From assembly GCF_000150275.1 (NCBI RefSeq), contig NW_002060957.1:1104445-1168444 (forward strand): DNA of 64,000 nucleotides. Reading direction: 5' to 3'. The stretch is from Trichoplax adhaerens. Lineage: Eukaryota; Animalia; Placozoa. Below, piece by piece: positions 1-14,180 of the stretch (its first letter is position 1; each line of letters starts with the position of its first letter). The translations under genes were made by a program, and so were the position numbers. Below the pieces are notes generated by a model. It did no database searches and was not told the origin of the DNA. It worked only from the letters and a program-made list of their open reading frames with translations.

Positions 1-3000
1 TAGGCTACTGCTGATTTCCTATGACCCAGTTTCGATTTCTGAGCTATTTAATCAAAGATTCTATTTACTGCTTTGGTTTAGAATTTTACAGCGTGGGAAT
101 TATTCCAAATCAATGACTTAAAATTGTGGTGCTTGACATTTCTATCCAAGAAAACGGTAAGCGTAATGGCTATCACAAAAATGTGTAGTTCGAAGAATGG
201 TAATTGGTATTTAATCACAATCTACCCGAGCCATTTATTTTTTGGACCTGTTACTTGGATTTGCTGTTCTTACTGATTTTATTTGTTCTTTACTTTTGTT
301 TATTATCTAGCATATGATTGCATCTCAAATTGATCTTAATAAATTTATAATTTCGGTAAGTATCGTCTGGTAATCATTGCACGAATCGCCTACAGAATTA
401 AAATTGGTATTAAAATCCTTTTTAGATATTGAAATTAATCCATAGCTTTGTCGAAGAGGGGTTATATCAAGATATGGAAATAAAATCATTAATAAAATCC
501 ATTTCATTCATAATTAATGGAAGCATGGATACGCCTTATCACACTATACCGATGAAAAGTATGCTATATAGGATTAAAAATGATTCTGATGATGACTTTA
601 GACATAGTGGAATTAATAATACCTTACTATATGGTACCAGTCCTAGTAGGTCAGGCTTTAGAACTTTTGAATTTTTAATTATTTTAAATTCAGGTTATAC
701 GATACTTCATAAAGAGAATTTTTTACATGTATCCAATTTTAATTAAGTATAATGTTTCGTTGTTATAGGCTATAAATTGGTAGAATTTCAAGCATATAGG
801 AACAAAAGTAGATTTGAACGGAGTAAAGAAAATGGATTCATGGCCGAGGCAAAGCGCAGGTTAATAGTTTATTGTATAGACTTTGAATTCTGATATTTTT
901 ACGCCTATTGTGTGCAATATTTTATTCTAATTTAATATTTGTTACTCCTTGTAGGGTTCTACGTACTTTAGAAATGATATTTAAAAGGCAATGCTATCAA
1001 TATGTAAAGGTGAATATATTAGAATGATGAATTATTCTTAAGTTTTTAAAGCTATAGAAAATTGGAATAACAACCAACACTTGAAATCTTATCTCTATTA
1101 TAGCGATTTATACAGGAATTTAGACATGTTGAAAGCGAAACTAGAAGTAAGAAAAGAAATTTCAGTAAGAAATTTAAAGGCAGCGATAAGTTTGTAAGTC
1201 ACCAGATTATTTAATAGCAGCATATTATTTGAAATGAAGGATAGAGCTGCTATCTATTTAGGAAAATATTTTTAAAATTGTGTTATATTGGATTATTTTC
1301 AATTAGGCTTTTTTAACAAAGATGATGCAAATTCACAATTCGGAGGCTGTTATCGCCTCTATTAGGTGTGTATATTACAGTATTGATGTTTCTTCAAATT
1401 GTTAGCATAAAATGGCTATAATGGTTCTTTTTTCACTTCTTTTATTTCTGCTAATGAATTAATCTTTAATGCTACAGATTAGATGATCAAGCTAAATTGT
1501 TCCTAGATGGTCTTCGTGACGAAACGACAAATTGGAACAAGTTTGATTCAGAGTTCCTGTTATTGGTATGACGGGCTGTGGACTAAAATATTCAGCTCTA
1601 TCATTTATATTTCTTTTATTTTGTAATAAGCTACTACATATTTTCATTACTATTATAATTCCCTAGATTTTAAATTGGAATAGCGCATTTTTCGAAGTAT
1701 CGTGTCACTATCATTAACATTTCTTTTACTTTGCTTTAAGCTACTACATGTTTTCATCACATTTATAATTTTAAATTGCTATACATTTTTTTAACTGATA
1801 ATTAGGACCTTACTAATTATAAATATGAGTGCATTAGTAATAATGCAATCGCAGTTTTAAGTGCCAGATATTCTATCTACCAAACATTATTTACCAAAAG
1901 CAAAGAAATCCAGGTAGGTTTAAGATTTTCAAATGCTTTGCTGTCATACATACGCTCATAAGAGGGCATCTTCAAAATAATTAATTTCATAACTAACTAT
2001 TAATTGTGATTTATTCTCTCACTAAAATTCTATTTAAATGTTCATTAGTTACTTAAAACTACAAAATCGATCCAACTGCATGATGAGGTTAGATTGTAAG
2101 CTTAGAAAGAAACCACTTCAATGTGATTGCTATCCTAAATTGATTGTGGACCAATATCGTTATCTAATAACATCGTATTCTGCTATCATAAATCTTCTAG
2201 ATTCAACAACAAGTAAAAGTGTTGTTTCAATTATTTAATATCCAATTGAATACGAAAATTCTCTACGATATATCTAAAATAATCGAAAAATTTACGAGGT
2301 TAACCTAATGATTAATCTTTGATAGAATTTTTTAACCCATCAAAACATGATCTGTGTTACCGTTTACAGTTTATGTAGCCTGCGTGGTGATGACGAAGAA
2401 CCTCATCCCATAAATCAGCAGTTACTATATAATTGCGGAGTCTTTCACATTGTCTTGGACATGGTAAAATTGGATGCTGGTGATTACACCGAGGTTTGAG
2501 AAACACTGTATAATTGTGACTTAAATTCCTATTAAAGTTAAATCTAGTCTTTTCATTAATGCTTTCACCTATACCAGTAATACTTAATTTTATTCTTGGG
2601 TGTTGCTATAAGTTGCTCTATCTGAAATTGTTCTACAGGAAGTGAGAAAATTTTTACCTAATTTGATACGTCAAGGGTATAATTTGCTACGGAAATTAGC
2701 AAGGTTGATATATCAGATATAAATAAGTGCTACTAAAACTGATATAAATATAATATTATTCACTCTATAAGCTAAAGACTTAATATATTGAGAATTTATT
2801 TAATTGTGAGCTATATACTTGTTCTCAAATTTTACTTGTCTGGTGAAATAGGAAAAATCGAATTATACAAGAGCAATTGTTTGAACGTATAGATATCTTA
2901 TTAGCTAGTGAGAGCATATTTTTAGAGAAGATCTATGCCTTAATAGAAGTAGGCATTAAAATTAAAATTACATGAATAGATCGCATGTCGCTCTTTTAAC

Positions 3001-6000
3001 AAGATTTTAACTACTAACTATTGAATAAATTACTGATAAAGACCATTTTTTTGGGGTCACTACAATTAGACTTTTGCCGGTAATCGAGCTACTTGCTGTA
3101 AGATTCGAAAGCAACATGTTGAGAAAATAATGGTATTACTAATTAAGAATCCGCATAAGCCACTATTAATAGATTTACTCTCCAGTTTCATCAAGGTAAG
3201 CTCTATGACAGTAGGGAGAAATTAGTAGCGAATGGTATAATGGAGAATCAGGTCAATTTTTTGCTTATTACACATAACTAGCTAGGGAAGTATCATGACA
3301 GGGTGATTTTATTATTTTTAAAGGCTTCTTGATTGCGATTTGTTCCCAACTTTAGCTAATATGTGATAGCAAAACAGCTACTCTATCTATATAAATTATT
3401 GCCTTTAAAATGAATTAATCATGCAAATTTCTTGCACATTATTGATAAAATTTAGATGGACTAAGGGATACGTGATCGTATTATTCTGAAAGGATTATTT
3501 TTTTGATAAATGTAACAGCTATGCTGCAGAGATTGTGCGGCTATAGTTTGATTACTTGTAGTTCCTCCATGTCTGCCCTCACCTAGTGATTTATTACTTT
3601 TATGAAATTTGAATGAATTTATTGAGAGTGAATAGATAACTAGGTTTATCAGGTTAATATTTGAAAGTCGTATCACAAATATCTATTTATTAGTTTTCAC
3701 AAAGCCCTGACTGCTTATTAAACAGCGGTAAAGTTGAGCAACGGCTACTAAATTTATAGCAATCATTAATTACAATATCGTAAAATTTGTCTTTTTGGTT
3801 CAATATCTAATTCAAGTTTATTTCAATGATATATCAATCTCCTGCAAAGGTTGATTTATTAAATCCACCTATCCTTCGAAATCAAGCCATAATTTCAACG
3901 GCAGTTTTGGATCATCAATCAGAAGTATTGGACATCTTGAGTGCAGAGAATAAATTAAAAAGGTTAGGCTGATATAATATTGTTTTATTATTATTTTTTA
4001 ATTTCGTCGGAGGCTAAAGCATATCAAATACTAAAATGGCTTGTTAACTACTAGACGTCATTTCATACAAATGGGTGCTGATCATTATGGATTACTTTAC
4101 TTGCTAAATATGATCAATCTTTTATCTCAATGTGCTGAGGTTCGTAGACCGTCTAGCTAATGGCTTTGATTAATGCATATCCTTATAGCTTACTAAAAAG
4201 TCATCAAAAAATGTATATCCTTCTATAATTTCCCCCAAAGTCGCATGATTTTAATTCAGATCACATATTTGCCATATCTCTATCTAGGGTAATAATCACT
4301 GTCTTGAGTCAATTTGTCAAGAATTACTACCTATAGATGAAATTTTCGATGTAAGTATTTCATCAATGGAAATATTTCCAGCACGATCGCGCCATTTATT
4401 GATCTTAAAAAGCCAAGATGCTTAATTATTCATACAGTAATCATTTATTGATTTTTATTTCTTAAATTTTACCAGGTATTGCTGGAAATAAATATTCCAA
4501 TCTACATTAAAATACCATATTTAAAGTATTTGACTTCTGTATATATGTACGCTGGGAAAGATGAAACAGAAAAATTAATGTTACAGACTCATCTAAAAAG
4601 GTAATATCCTCAGCTTTTTTCTGTCATTTTGTTCATCTGTAAATTGTAGTGCTTTGGATAGAAAGAAATTGATTGATTATGGTAGCAGTAATAATAAATT
4701 TAAGCATGAATTAAACACGATTTAAGTTTAAAATCTTTTGCTTAACAGCGATCTGTGGTCGTTTATTCAAAACATTCTGCAAATCCTACAAGCTTTAAAT
4801 GATCAGATTAATCGACAAGTAAAGTCAGGCGTAGCTGGCATCAATCGTTTACGTTTTATAATGAAGCGGAAGAATATTTTACTATTAAATGGGTTAGAAT
4901 ATTGCAATATCACATTAAATTCAGCATTATTAATACGACATCTGTTATAAAATGAATATGTCATGGTTCCCAACAGCACCAACAAGGCTGGACTCGAAAA
5001 TGGTATTTTCATTTACCTATTTAATGGAATACTGCCTTTTCTACAAGTTAGTGGAATTGACCTTTCAATATCAATAATGCAGAGTTTACTACACATTAAC
5101 TTAAATAAGGAGTACTTTTGTAATTTGGTGCCTAAATTATTGTATTATTAAATTTGCAGGTATATTTTGAATTATACTTTCAATTTGAATCTGAAGATGA
5201 TTCAGTTTATCATGGCCAGATGAAAGTAGTTAGGGAATTGACCTTGCTACTTCATGTAAGTTCATTTAATTAGAATTACTTACAGTTACAAATTTTATTT
5301 CTGCTACGATTGTATTAGCATACTCATTTTATAATTTCTTCTTATAATCTTATAATACTGTGTGATTCATGTCTTCGAATATAATAACATTTCTGTTTCC
5401 CAAAAGAATATAATTATCTTGCTCTATTATCACAGCAACTGGCGAACAATACTATCCGAGTCCTCACTGACAAACATCAGTTTCAGATTTTGAAAGACAC
5501 TGTAATTTATCTCATGCTTAAATTTAGTAATATAATACAGGCTAAAGTAAGTAAAGCAAAAGAATTATTTACATTTGATCAGAAAATATATCAAATTATT
5601 ATACATGCCTTGATCAATCCATTCTATCTATCAGATCGAACAATCTGAATACCATCCATTAGATTTAATCAATCACGATTTTAATGCAATTAATCCTGCT
5701 CTTCAAGTTAGTTTTCACTTTTAAAACTTACCATGAATAGATCTAACAACATTACATGAATCGTTAGTAATAATCTATTGTACTTGATATCGATACAATT
5801 TCAACGAGAAAAATCTTTTTTTAATTTCTAATACGACAGCATTATAGAGTTGTATACGGTGAGGAAAAGCGCTTAAATAAGCTGTTTTCTCAATACGTTA
5901 ATAATTTTCGAACTACTTATGCCAACGGAAACATTATCAAGACACAACCAGAAAAAGATGAGATTCCCTTGGCAAAACAAGGTGAGATATACAGCCTTAA

Positions 6001-9000
6001 AAGCGTCAATTTCTTATTAATTATAACTGCCGTAATTTTGCTCTCAGATATTTGCATAATTCAAATTTATAACTAGTTATAATAACTTTATGGCTCTAGA
6101 TATGTCATGATAATCATAGCTATAAAATATCAGCAATAAAATGTAAAAGAATTTTACATTAAATAAATTTTTATAGCACTTATAAATAACTTCTGTATGT
6201 TAGCTAACATCGAATTTGGTACTATGAAACTACCACTTGGCAAAGAATTCCAAGATTATGTTGCCTGCTTTACTTCCACGTATGTTGTATTAATCTTTTA
6301 ACTCTTAGTTACTACAGCATATATAATTTCTAACTTAATACTTCGGTTTTTTCATCGATTACTCGTGGCTTTATCTAGTTGCTAGCTGTGAGACAAAGCT
6401 ATAGTGATTTTCAGTTGTTCTTCAGCTGATTATTATGATAAATTGACTTGAGTATTCCATAATTTATTATTCTTGTCTACTTCATTTCAGACATTCTGTT
6501 GTTCATCAATCCATTGCTAGCATTATTAGCCAGCTTGGGTACGTTACTTTGATATGCATATAAGAGGCTAAGCTATCATTTTATTGGTTACCCAGAAAGT
6601 ATGCATTTAAGCAGGACTTTCTTTGCTTAATGATTTCCTTTATCTGTCATCTATTTTGTACAGGTCAGTATTAAACGATAATACTGATACCGAAATGGAT
6701 AGGCAAATGAAAAAACAATTATATATTCGATATCTGCAGGTTAACATGTTACTGATATATTATTGAAATGATTTCAGTAGCACTAACACAATACAGATAT
6801 ATGATTGGAATTATTGACATCAATATTTGTAGGTTCTAAGGGCTACTATCCATAACGAAATTGTTCGTTTACCATCTAAAATAAGATACGAGCCATGGAA
6901 ATATCGGCAAAGGTGATCAGTAAGCTAGTTTAATCTTTAGTTTTCCATGTTGTTTTGATGCCCGAATTTTGACGACAATTGTAGGCTCACGGGAGTTAAG
7001 CATGCCCAACAAGCTATATTAGTAGACAAAACGGCTGTTTGCAAGGTTTGCATGTTGCAAGATATCTGAAGCAAAGCTCAGAATAATTAAATTACTAAAT
7101 GTTTGCCTGTGCAGTATCATAGACTACAGATTTTTTCATTCAACTCTAGATTCTCTCACTGATCGTCCATCCCTGTAGTGATATAGTTCGTGAAGTCCTT
7201 GCACTACTAGAAGTTTTACTATATGGCAGAAATTCTAAAATACAAGTTTGTATAGTCTGATGCTGTTGCTAAGTATTGCACTTATTCTTTAATTTAAAGC
7301 AACATAGTCGAGAAGTAAACTGTTCTATAGTTGTTAACTAGCTTGAGCATCTAATTCTATTTCTTTATTTATTATTGTCACAGGATCTGTTTGAGAGTTA
7401 CTTGTTAGGTACAAGAGAGGAAACATTTTTTATGGAGGTCCATAGATACATTCTAGTTTATATGGATAACATTAAGGAAAGGTAATATAAGCCTATCATC
7501 GAAATGTAGAGAAAGCCAACTTTTCGTTAGTTATGATATACGGTTAGAAATAGCTATGCGATAAATAAGCAGATGACTGTTGCCGATTCTAGGCAGCAAT
7601 TAAAGCGTCTAAATGATTGGAAAGAGCGAAAATTAACAATTTTAGTAAGGCATCATCGCATTACATGCCCTTAAGGTGTTCTGTCTGGTATTGATTCTAT
7701 TCCTGAGTAATTTTAAAATCTATTTTCAATCGACAGCATGCCGCACTAAAAACTAGCGGCCATTACAAGAAATCCTCGGAGTCAGTAAGTTTTAAAATTA
7801 ATAATATGATTTGATTTTTGCGGGCTCACTTGAATAACTGAGACTTTAATATCATACTGGTATTCCTCTTGCAATGACAGGCTATCACTTTAAAACAAAA
7901 TGAAGATGAAATAATGGAGGTGACTTTTTAAAACCATTGCAATTTGCACTATAATCTCAATACACTGTGTATATGAAAATGGAGGGTTTTGGATTTATAT
8001 ATTTTATCTAATTTTAATGTAGTGATTTACACATATTTACTTTCAATAATTATATGCAATTCACAAATAATAGAAATTGGGTCAGAATTCCAAGCCAGTT
8101 TTGGATAATTACGAATATGGGTATATCAAACTCATTTTAGCCATAATTGCTGGTTTATGCGATGGTCATCGCTACTCGCTACAGGTAAATTGTCAGAAAA
8201 AACTAACTTTTGTGATCAAAATTTGGTTGCTTGAATTTTTGGTAGCTTTGACATGGACGCTTAATTTAACTAAATAGGATTACATTCGATATCAATGGAA
8301 CCATATTCAATCATTTGATATCGTATCAGACTTGGCTTTATTGCTGAAAACTATCTGCCAAGAAATTGACAGCTATGATGTGAATATTCTCTGCCAGATA
8401 CTACGCACGCTTTCTAGCCTGTCTCAAGTAAGTTTAGCTAGGATCATGAAGTTTAAGGGTTTAAACTATTTTATGGAGGTTAATATAGCATTGGTGCGTT
8501 CTTGAACTTTAAAAATCTATCATCAATTGTAGTCTATATGATGATATAGATGTTCAGTGACCATTTGAACTTACCAAGATCTTCTCTTTTGGTAGGGGAA
8601 CGAATTAAATCAGCAGCTACTGCTCAAGTATAAAGTTCCTTGTATGCTAACGACCATATTGAGAGAATTGAATTCCACATGTTCCTCTCTATGGGTAAGC
8701 ACTATGCCCAGCTCCAGCTTCAACTTGGTTATATATATTTCTATCTACTAAAGAATCAACAAAAGTGCAACGATAGCTTTTATTAGACTCGTACTAGAAG
8801 TCTTTGTTATTAATATTACTGGCATATGCGTCCATTAAATCAATGACTACTTAATATTTTTCATAATTTGGTATCTTATCTGTTTACTTTGCTAATTTAA
8901 CGAACTGTTCATAATTTTTCTATCAACAAAATGGTATCATTTGATCTCTGATATACTTCTGTTTACCTCTAATAGGTTGTTCAATTAGAAAACGCATGCC

Positions 9001-12000
9001 TAAACCTATATTGGCATTTTCTAGAAAGTACTGAAGAGATAAGTGACCAACTCTTTAAGGTACCAATGCTACTAATGGAAACTATTAGCTACTAAAGAAA
9101 AAACTGATCAACACTTTAAAGTCTTAATGATACATTTTAGCTTTAAATAGCCGTCATTAATAGAAATTTGTTTGAGTAAAATTACTATAATTTCTTACTT
9201 AAAAACAGTTGTCTTCTTGCAACTTTAGGAAATGCAAATGGCTGATTATCAATTGTTTCAATTAATCCTTTGCAGTCTATATGAGCAAATTACTGCCGTA
9301 AGTACAATATATATCAATATTTGCTGGACATTGTAATGTAAAATTATACTTTCATACTTTACAGACTACATAACTGCTAAAAGTTGATTGTATACAGTAT
9401 AGTATGATATTCTACGGCTGCTCTAATGATTGCATACTTTAGCCCATATCAAGAGAATCCAATAGCAGCCATTTGCAGGGAGAAAATTGTATTCAAGCTG
9501 GCATAATGTTGTATCGAATAATAATGCGGTTAAAGGATGCAACTGATGACCATGGTGAGATATGGAGTGATACATATTTAATTCATCTATAACCAATTTC
9601 ACACTTTATATGGGAAAAGGCCTTTTTATACTACTACTAGATTGTCGTATTCACAGCAAGATTTTTACGGTAAATACGTTCTAAAACGGTCATAGAATAA
9701 TGAAAAATATTCCAATAGGGAAGCTAGGCTTTTATTTGTTTGATAACTTGGCTGAAGAGAATGAAAGTAAGAATGAACTATTCAAGCAAAGCCTTAAATA
9801 CTTTTCTCGGTACATGGACTGCGTAGAAATAGTTTATAGGAAGAAATTCTACAAGTTAAGGTTTCAGTTTGATCGCAAGGTGAGTAGTATTAATGATGTT
9901 AAGGTTTGGAATGTAACTGCTATCATTTTCTAATATTCCATAGCTGGCATACGAGCATGATCAGTTCTTTTGCAGTAATTATATTTCTATTAGTCCATCA
10001 CTAATTTATTTTTTAGCCTTTATTGAATCATGCACATTTACAGAAGCATTTTGCATATCGTGAGCATAATATATCTTAAAAATGCTATGCTAGAATATTG
10101 TATGTATAATTAAGAACGGTGGTTGATGGTTCTAGTGTTCTGTAATAACTATAAATTTATGTGATCATTCTAGCTTAACTATAAATCTAGTCGCTGAAAA
10201 TTAATACGTATTTTATATTTATTTAATATCAATATCGGGTACTATAGCATATCGATGTAGACTATTTTAAACCAAGGATTCTGCCTCACAATCTAAACCT
10301 TTCGAGAGAAATGCGCTTACGTGAATTGTTTAATGCTGCGAAAGATGCAAACCATCACGTGGAGAAAATATCTACTTTAAATAAATTTGGCAACCAATTA
10401 TATCGGAAAAAGTATACTACTTACCCACATACGCTTGTAATCATAGCTTAACAGCTTTATTGAAATTATATATAAATTGGCTTCTTTTTCAGGAATATCT
10501 ATCAGTGTATCTATAACTTAAGTACCTTGATGTTGGTTATACTGCTCATCTTTTGGAATATGCCTTGCAAAGCTGAGCAAAACAAGTAAATAGAGTAAAT
10601 GAAATTTGAGATTGTATACTAAATAAAATATTAGATACTTCAGTGCAAGATGAATGACCGTTATTTCGCTATATTTAACATATAAATTAAACTAGAAATT
10701 TGAAGGAAATTAAGATGCTTAGCGCAACATAAGTTCATGCTCGCTTTTAAATTTTCTTAGGTTTGGGTTACCGTTTTATCAAATTAGTACCAGGCTTGCC
10801 GCAATTTTATCACTGTTTGGACTAGGTCACATGGGTGCTTCAGTTGGGATAGTTCTGATATACTCTATTGAAAATAAACTATTCTTGCCACAGTTCATCG
10901 ATTATACTAGGTAGGTCGGCTGTCATAAAGTGGATTGGAACTTACTTTTTTCACGAAGGCATGAAATGAAAGTAGCAAAGTCTAATTAAATTTGTTCTAT
11001 CATACAGTATATCATTGTCACTGTTTAATTATCGTCTTCAAGAATTGCTGTTCCATTTAATGTGGAAATAATAACTGCTTTTAATTATAAAGTAATTTAG
11101 GGAGCTTAAGCCTAACAGTGAAGAAAATTTGCAATCTTGAGATCTTCTTGAAAATTGTAAGTAAATTGTATACAAATATGAAATTATTTTTTGGGTATCT
11201 CTCCTATAAATGGGCTCAATGATTGATAATGTTGTTTAGTTCTACTTTGAAACTTTGGATGGATAGTAGCAGTATTATCAGCACTTGAACGCTTTTCCTG
11301 TAATGAGCTTTACAACTAATTATAATATTCAATCTATTTGATTTATTTGGATTGACAACTGAAATAGTTTTAGCTATTGCATATCTTGCACACGAGCTTT
11401 ATAATTTTCATTTATATATTTTAAATCTTTGTATGGGAAACATATATGAAATAACAATGTTCTCCGTACTTTGCACTTGTCCCATAAATGAACTTTATCA
11501 ATGATGATATTCAATTTTGTTTCATGTTTTGGATAATAATAATGTTTTCAACAGTTGGATATATGTTTCCCTAAATAAATTTTCTATCTGATGATATTCA
11601 ATTATATTTTAAATTTTCGAATAGATTCTGATGATATTTTCTGCCCTTGGATTAGTTTATCAATCCTATTTTTATCTGCTTGCTGGCATTATTGTACTAA
11701 TCGATATCTATTCGGAGAGGACATGGAAGAATGTATCCAGTGAGTCAAAATTACGTTGCTATCTATATTCATAGAGAGTGTTAGCATATGATTTGACATG
11801 TTTAAAAATTATAATTTCTATATCCAAGGTACATTCCCACTCCAACATTTACTATCGATGGCAGCCATTTTTTATGGTCTACTAGAAGTGATATCAATCT
11901 TTAAAATAACCTCTGCCCAAAGTGGGGTGCTTATGACTCCATTAGTTAGGATGGCATTATCTCTGGTAAACAGTTGCTTATAGTTTATTAGCCCTGCTGA

Positions 12001-12780
12001 TTCCTGGTTAGATCCAATCTATGATTTATGCTGGTATTTAATTTTATTCTTGGTATCTTTTAAATTAGAGTTATTATGGGAATGAAAATCTAGACCAGAC
12101 CAGTAGCGTTATTTTGCCAGCTGTTGGGTTGCTTAATTTTGTAGTATTGCTCATTATTGGCAGCGTAATGATCACTATTCGCACTTTTCAGCGGGTGAGA
12201 ATTTACCAAACTTTATCATCATTCTCCTTTAGCTTAATTTTATTTTAAACTTTAACAGTCAAGGCTGCCTATACTGCTATAACTATTTCAATGTCTTGCT
12301 GGGTTAATAATTAATTCATTGAATGTAGAAAAAGCACCCCAAGATCGCAGCACAAAAGTGCTATATTTGCAATACTACTAGAAAAGCATTTCAAACAACG
12401 AGACAGGTAATTAATATTCTAAGTTCTAATAGGCCACTCTTTGAAATATCTCGGAAAGCTAACGAATTAAAATCATTACTACAGAGCTTTGATGATCATG
12501 TCTATCATCGGCATAAATTGGGATCATATTGGAAATTTCTCATTTACCTGCAATATACTCCTATCTGTCAGCAAAGTAGTTTAGAATATTACGTTTATAC
12601 GAAAGTAATTCTAATTTCATTTTTGCCAATTTTTCAATATCTCCAGATGAATGCTTAAGAAATTGATTCTAATAACATCTTGTTTATTCTTATGTACTCT
12701 CATAGATTCAGAAAGGCGATATTGACTTTATACCAAGGGCGGAGGAGAAGATTTTAATGAGCCATCCAGACGCGCAGTAG
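1..12780 (+). CDS. Divergent inositol 1,4,5-trisphosphate receptor / ryanodine receptor superfamily channel-like protein; multi-exon, 5' part outside the window
   Basis: Hand-spliced GT-AG exons give ITPR-collinear segments. RIH region: LCSLRGDDEEPHPINQQLLYNCGVFHIVLDM (~2370), TFAGNRATCCKIRKQHVEKIM (~3070), GNNHCLESICQELLPIDEIFD (~4290), VREVLALLEVLLYGRNSKIQ (~7190). RIH-associated domain: IKLILAIIAGLCDGHRYSLQ/DYIRYQ...ILRTLSSLSQ/GNELNQQ (8080-8620). TM exons lie at ~11625-12194, the Zn finger KCYIC...FDDHVYHRHKLGSYWKFLIYL at 12329-12604, and the last exon IQKGDIDFIPR...DAQ* ends with TAG at 12778-12780. Confidence 0.88.
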
Positions 12781-13159
12781 GAGTTTCATCGTCGTTCTTG
12801 TTAATTACGTATTAACTTAAATTTAAAACTACTGAATCCTATCCTACGTGAAACAATTAGTCAAAAGCTGTAGTGAGGCTTGAATTCTTCGATGTCCCCC
12901 TTCATTCAATATATATCATAGCCCGGAGGCAGTACAGATAATTAATCCATTTACAAAGTCGAAAAATTATATAGTACTGTACTGTCTGTTAAGTATTCAA
13001 TGAATGTCATTAATGAAGTTACTCGGCCATTCTTAGGCTATTATTTTACCAGATTTTTAAAGGTAAATGCCAAATATTACTAGAAACGTAATGTAATGTA
13101 CTATACGTCATATATTGTGTTAATAGAATTTTTAAAAGTATCTAACAATTATTAGGATC

Positions 13160-14180
13160 ATGAATGATTTAACTAAATTTTAAATGTATTTATTGAACTT
13201 CCATTGGGATCAAAAGTAGCGTACGTATAATTACAAAGATTATTAACCATCTAAGACTTGATGATTTTGTCCTGCTGCTGTTGAAACAGCTAAGCGAATA
13301 ATTTATTTAGATAGCGAATTTCAATTGGAATTATATCTAACGTCAATATTATTGTACAGATTGTTAAATTTATGTGAGAGTTTATCCACTCATCGTGCTA
13401 TTATTGAAAATCATTAAGCAAATAACTTCGCTCATTTTAAATGTATTTATTGGATTCCAATTAGAATTATAACTACCATCAATACGATTACGCAGATTAA
13501 CATATACATTTGGGGATTCCTGCACTTGTCGTGCAACTGTTCGGACTAACGAAGCAAATAATTATAGCTTAATTCATTTTACTTGTATTTATTAGATTCC
13601 ATTTTAAATTAAAACTATCGTCGAAGTAATACTGAGAATAACGAAGTGAATAATTAAAGTTATTTTATATGTATTTATTGGATTTTAATTGGAATCAGAA
13701 AGTGCGTTGGTGCACTTATGCACATTACTAAAGTCATCTCAGGATTCAAGCCTATCGTGCTGTAATGGAAAATGAAAGGAAGAATTATATTTTTAACTCC
13801 TTTAAAAATCAATATATTGGATTCCAATTGGAATCATAATTGTCGTCAAAACTATATTGAGAATAACTAAGTGAATAACTGAATAGATTTTAAATGTATT
13901 TATTGGGTTTCAATTGAAGCCATAAGAATGTTTGTTGTACTATTGAGCAGATTGTTGTAATCATCTAAAGATTTATGCAATTGCTATTCTATTTAAAAAT
14001 AGTGAAACGAATAATTTAACTTATTTTATATATATACAAACTGGATTCCGAATACAATTATAATTGCTGTCAAGAATATTTTAACTCATTTCGTACGTAT
14101 GTACGAGCTATTAGATTTCGATTAGAGTCAAATTGTTGTCACTATTACTGTAAAGGTTATCAACTATATAAGAGTTGATA
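13160..14180. repeat. Degenerate AT-rich tandem array (~8-9 units, 80-150 bp spacing)
   Basis: A core resembling aaatgtatttattggattccaattggaatc recurs near 13181, 13438, 13582, 13668, 13811, 13892, 14040 and 14110. Confidence 0.75.
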
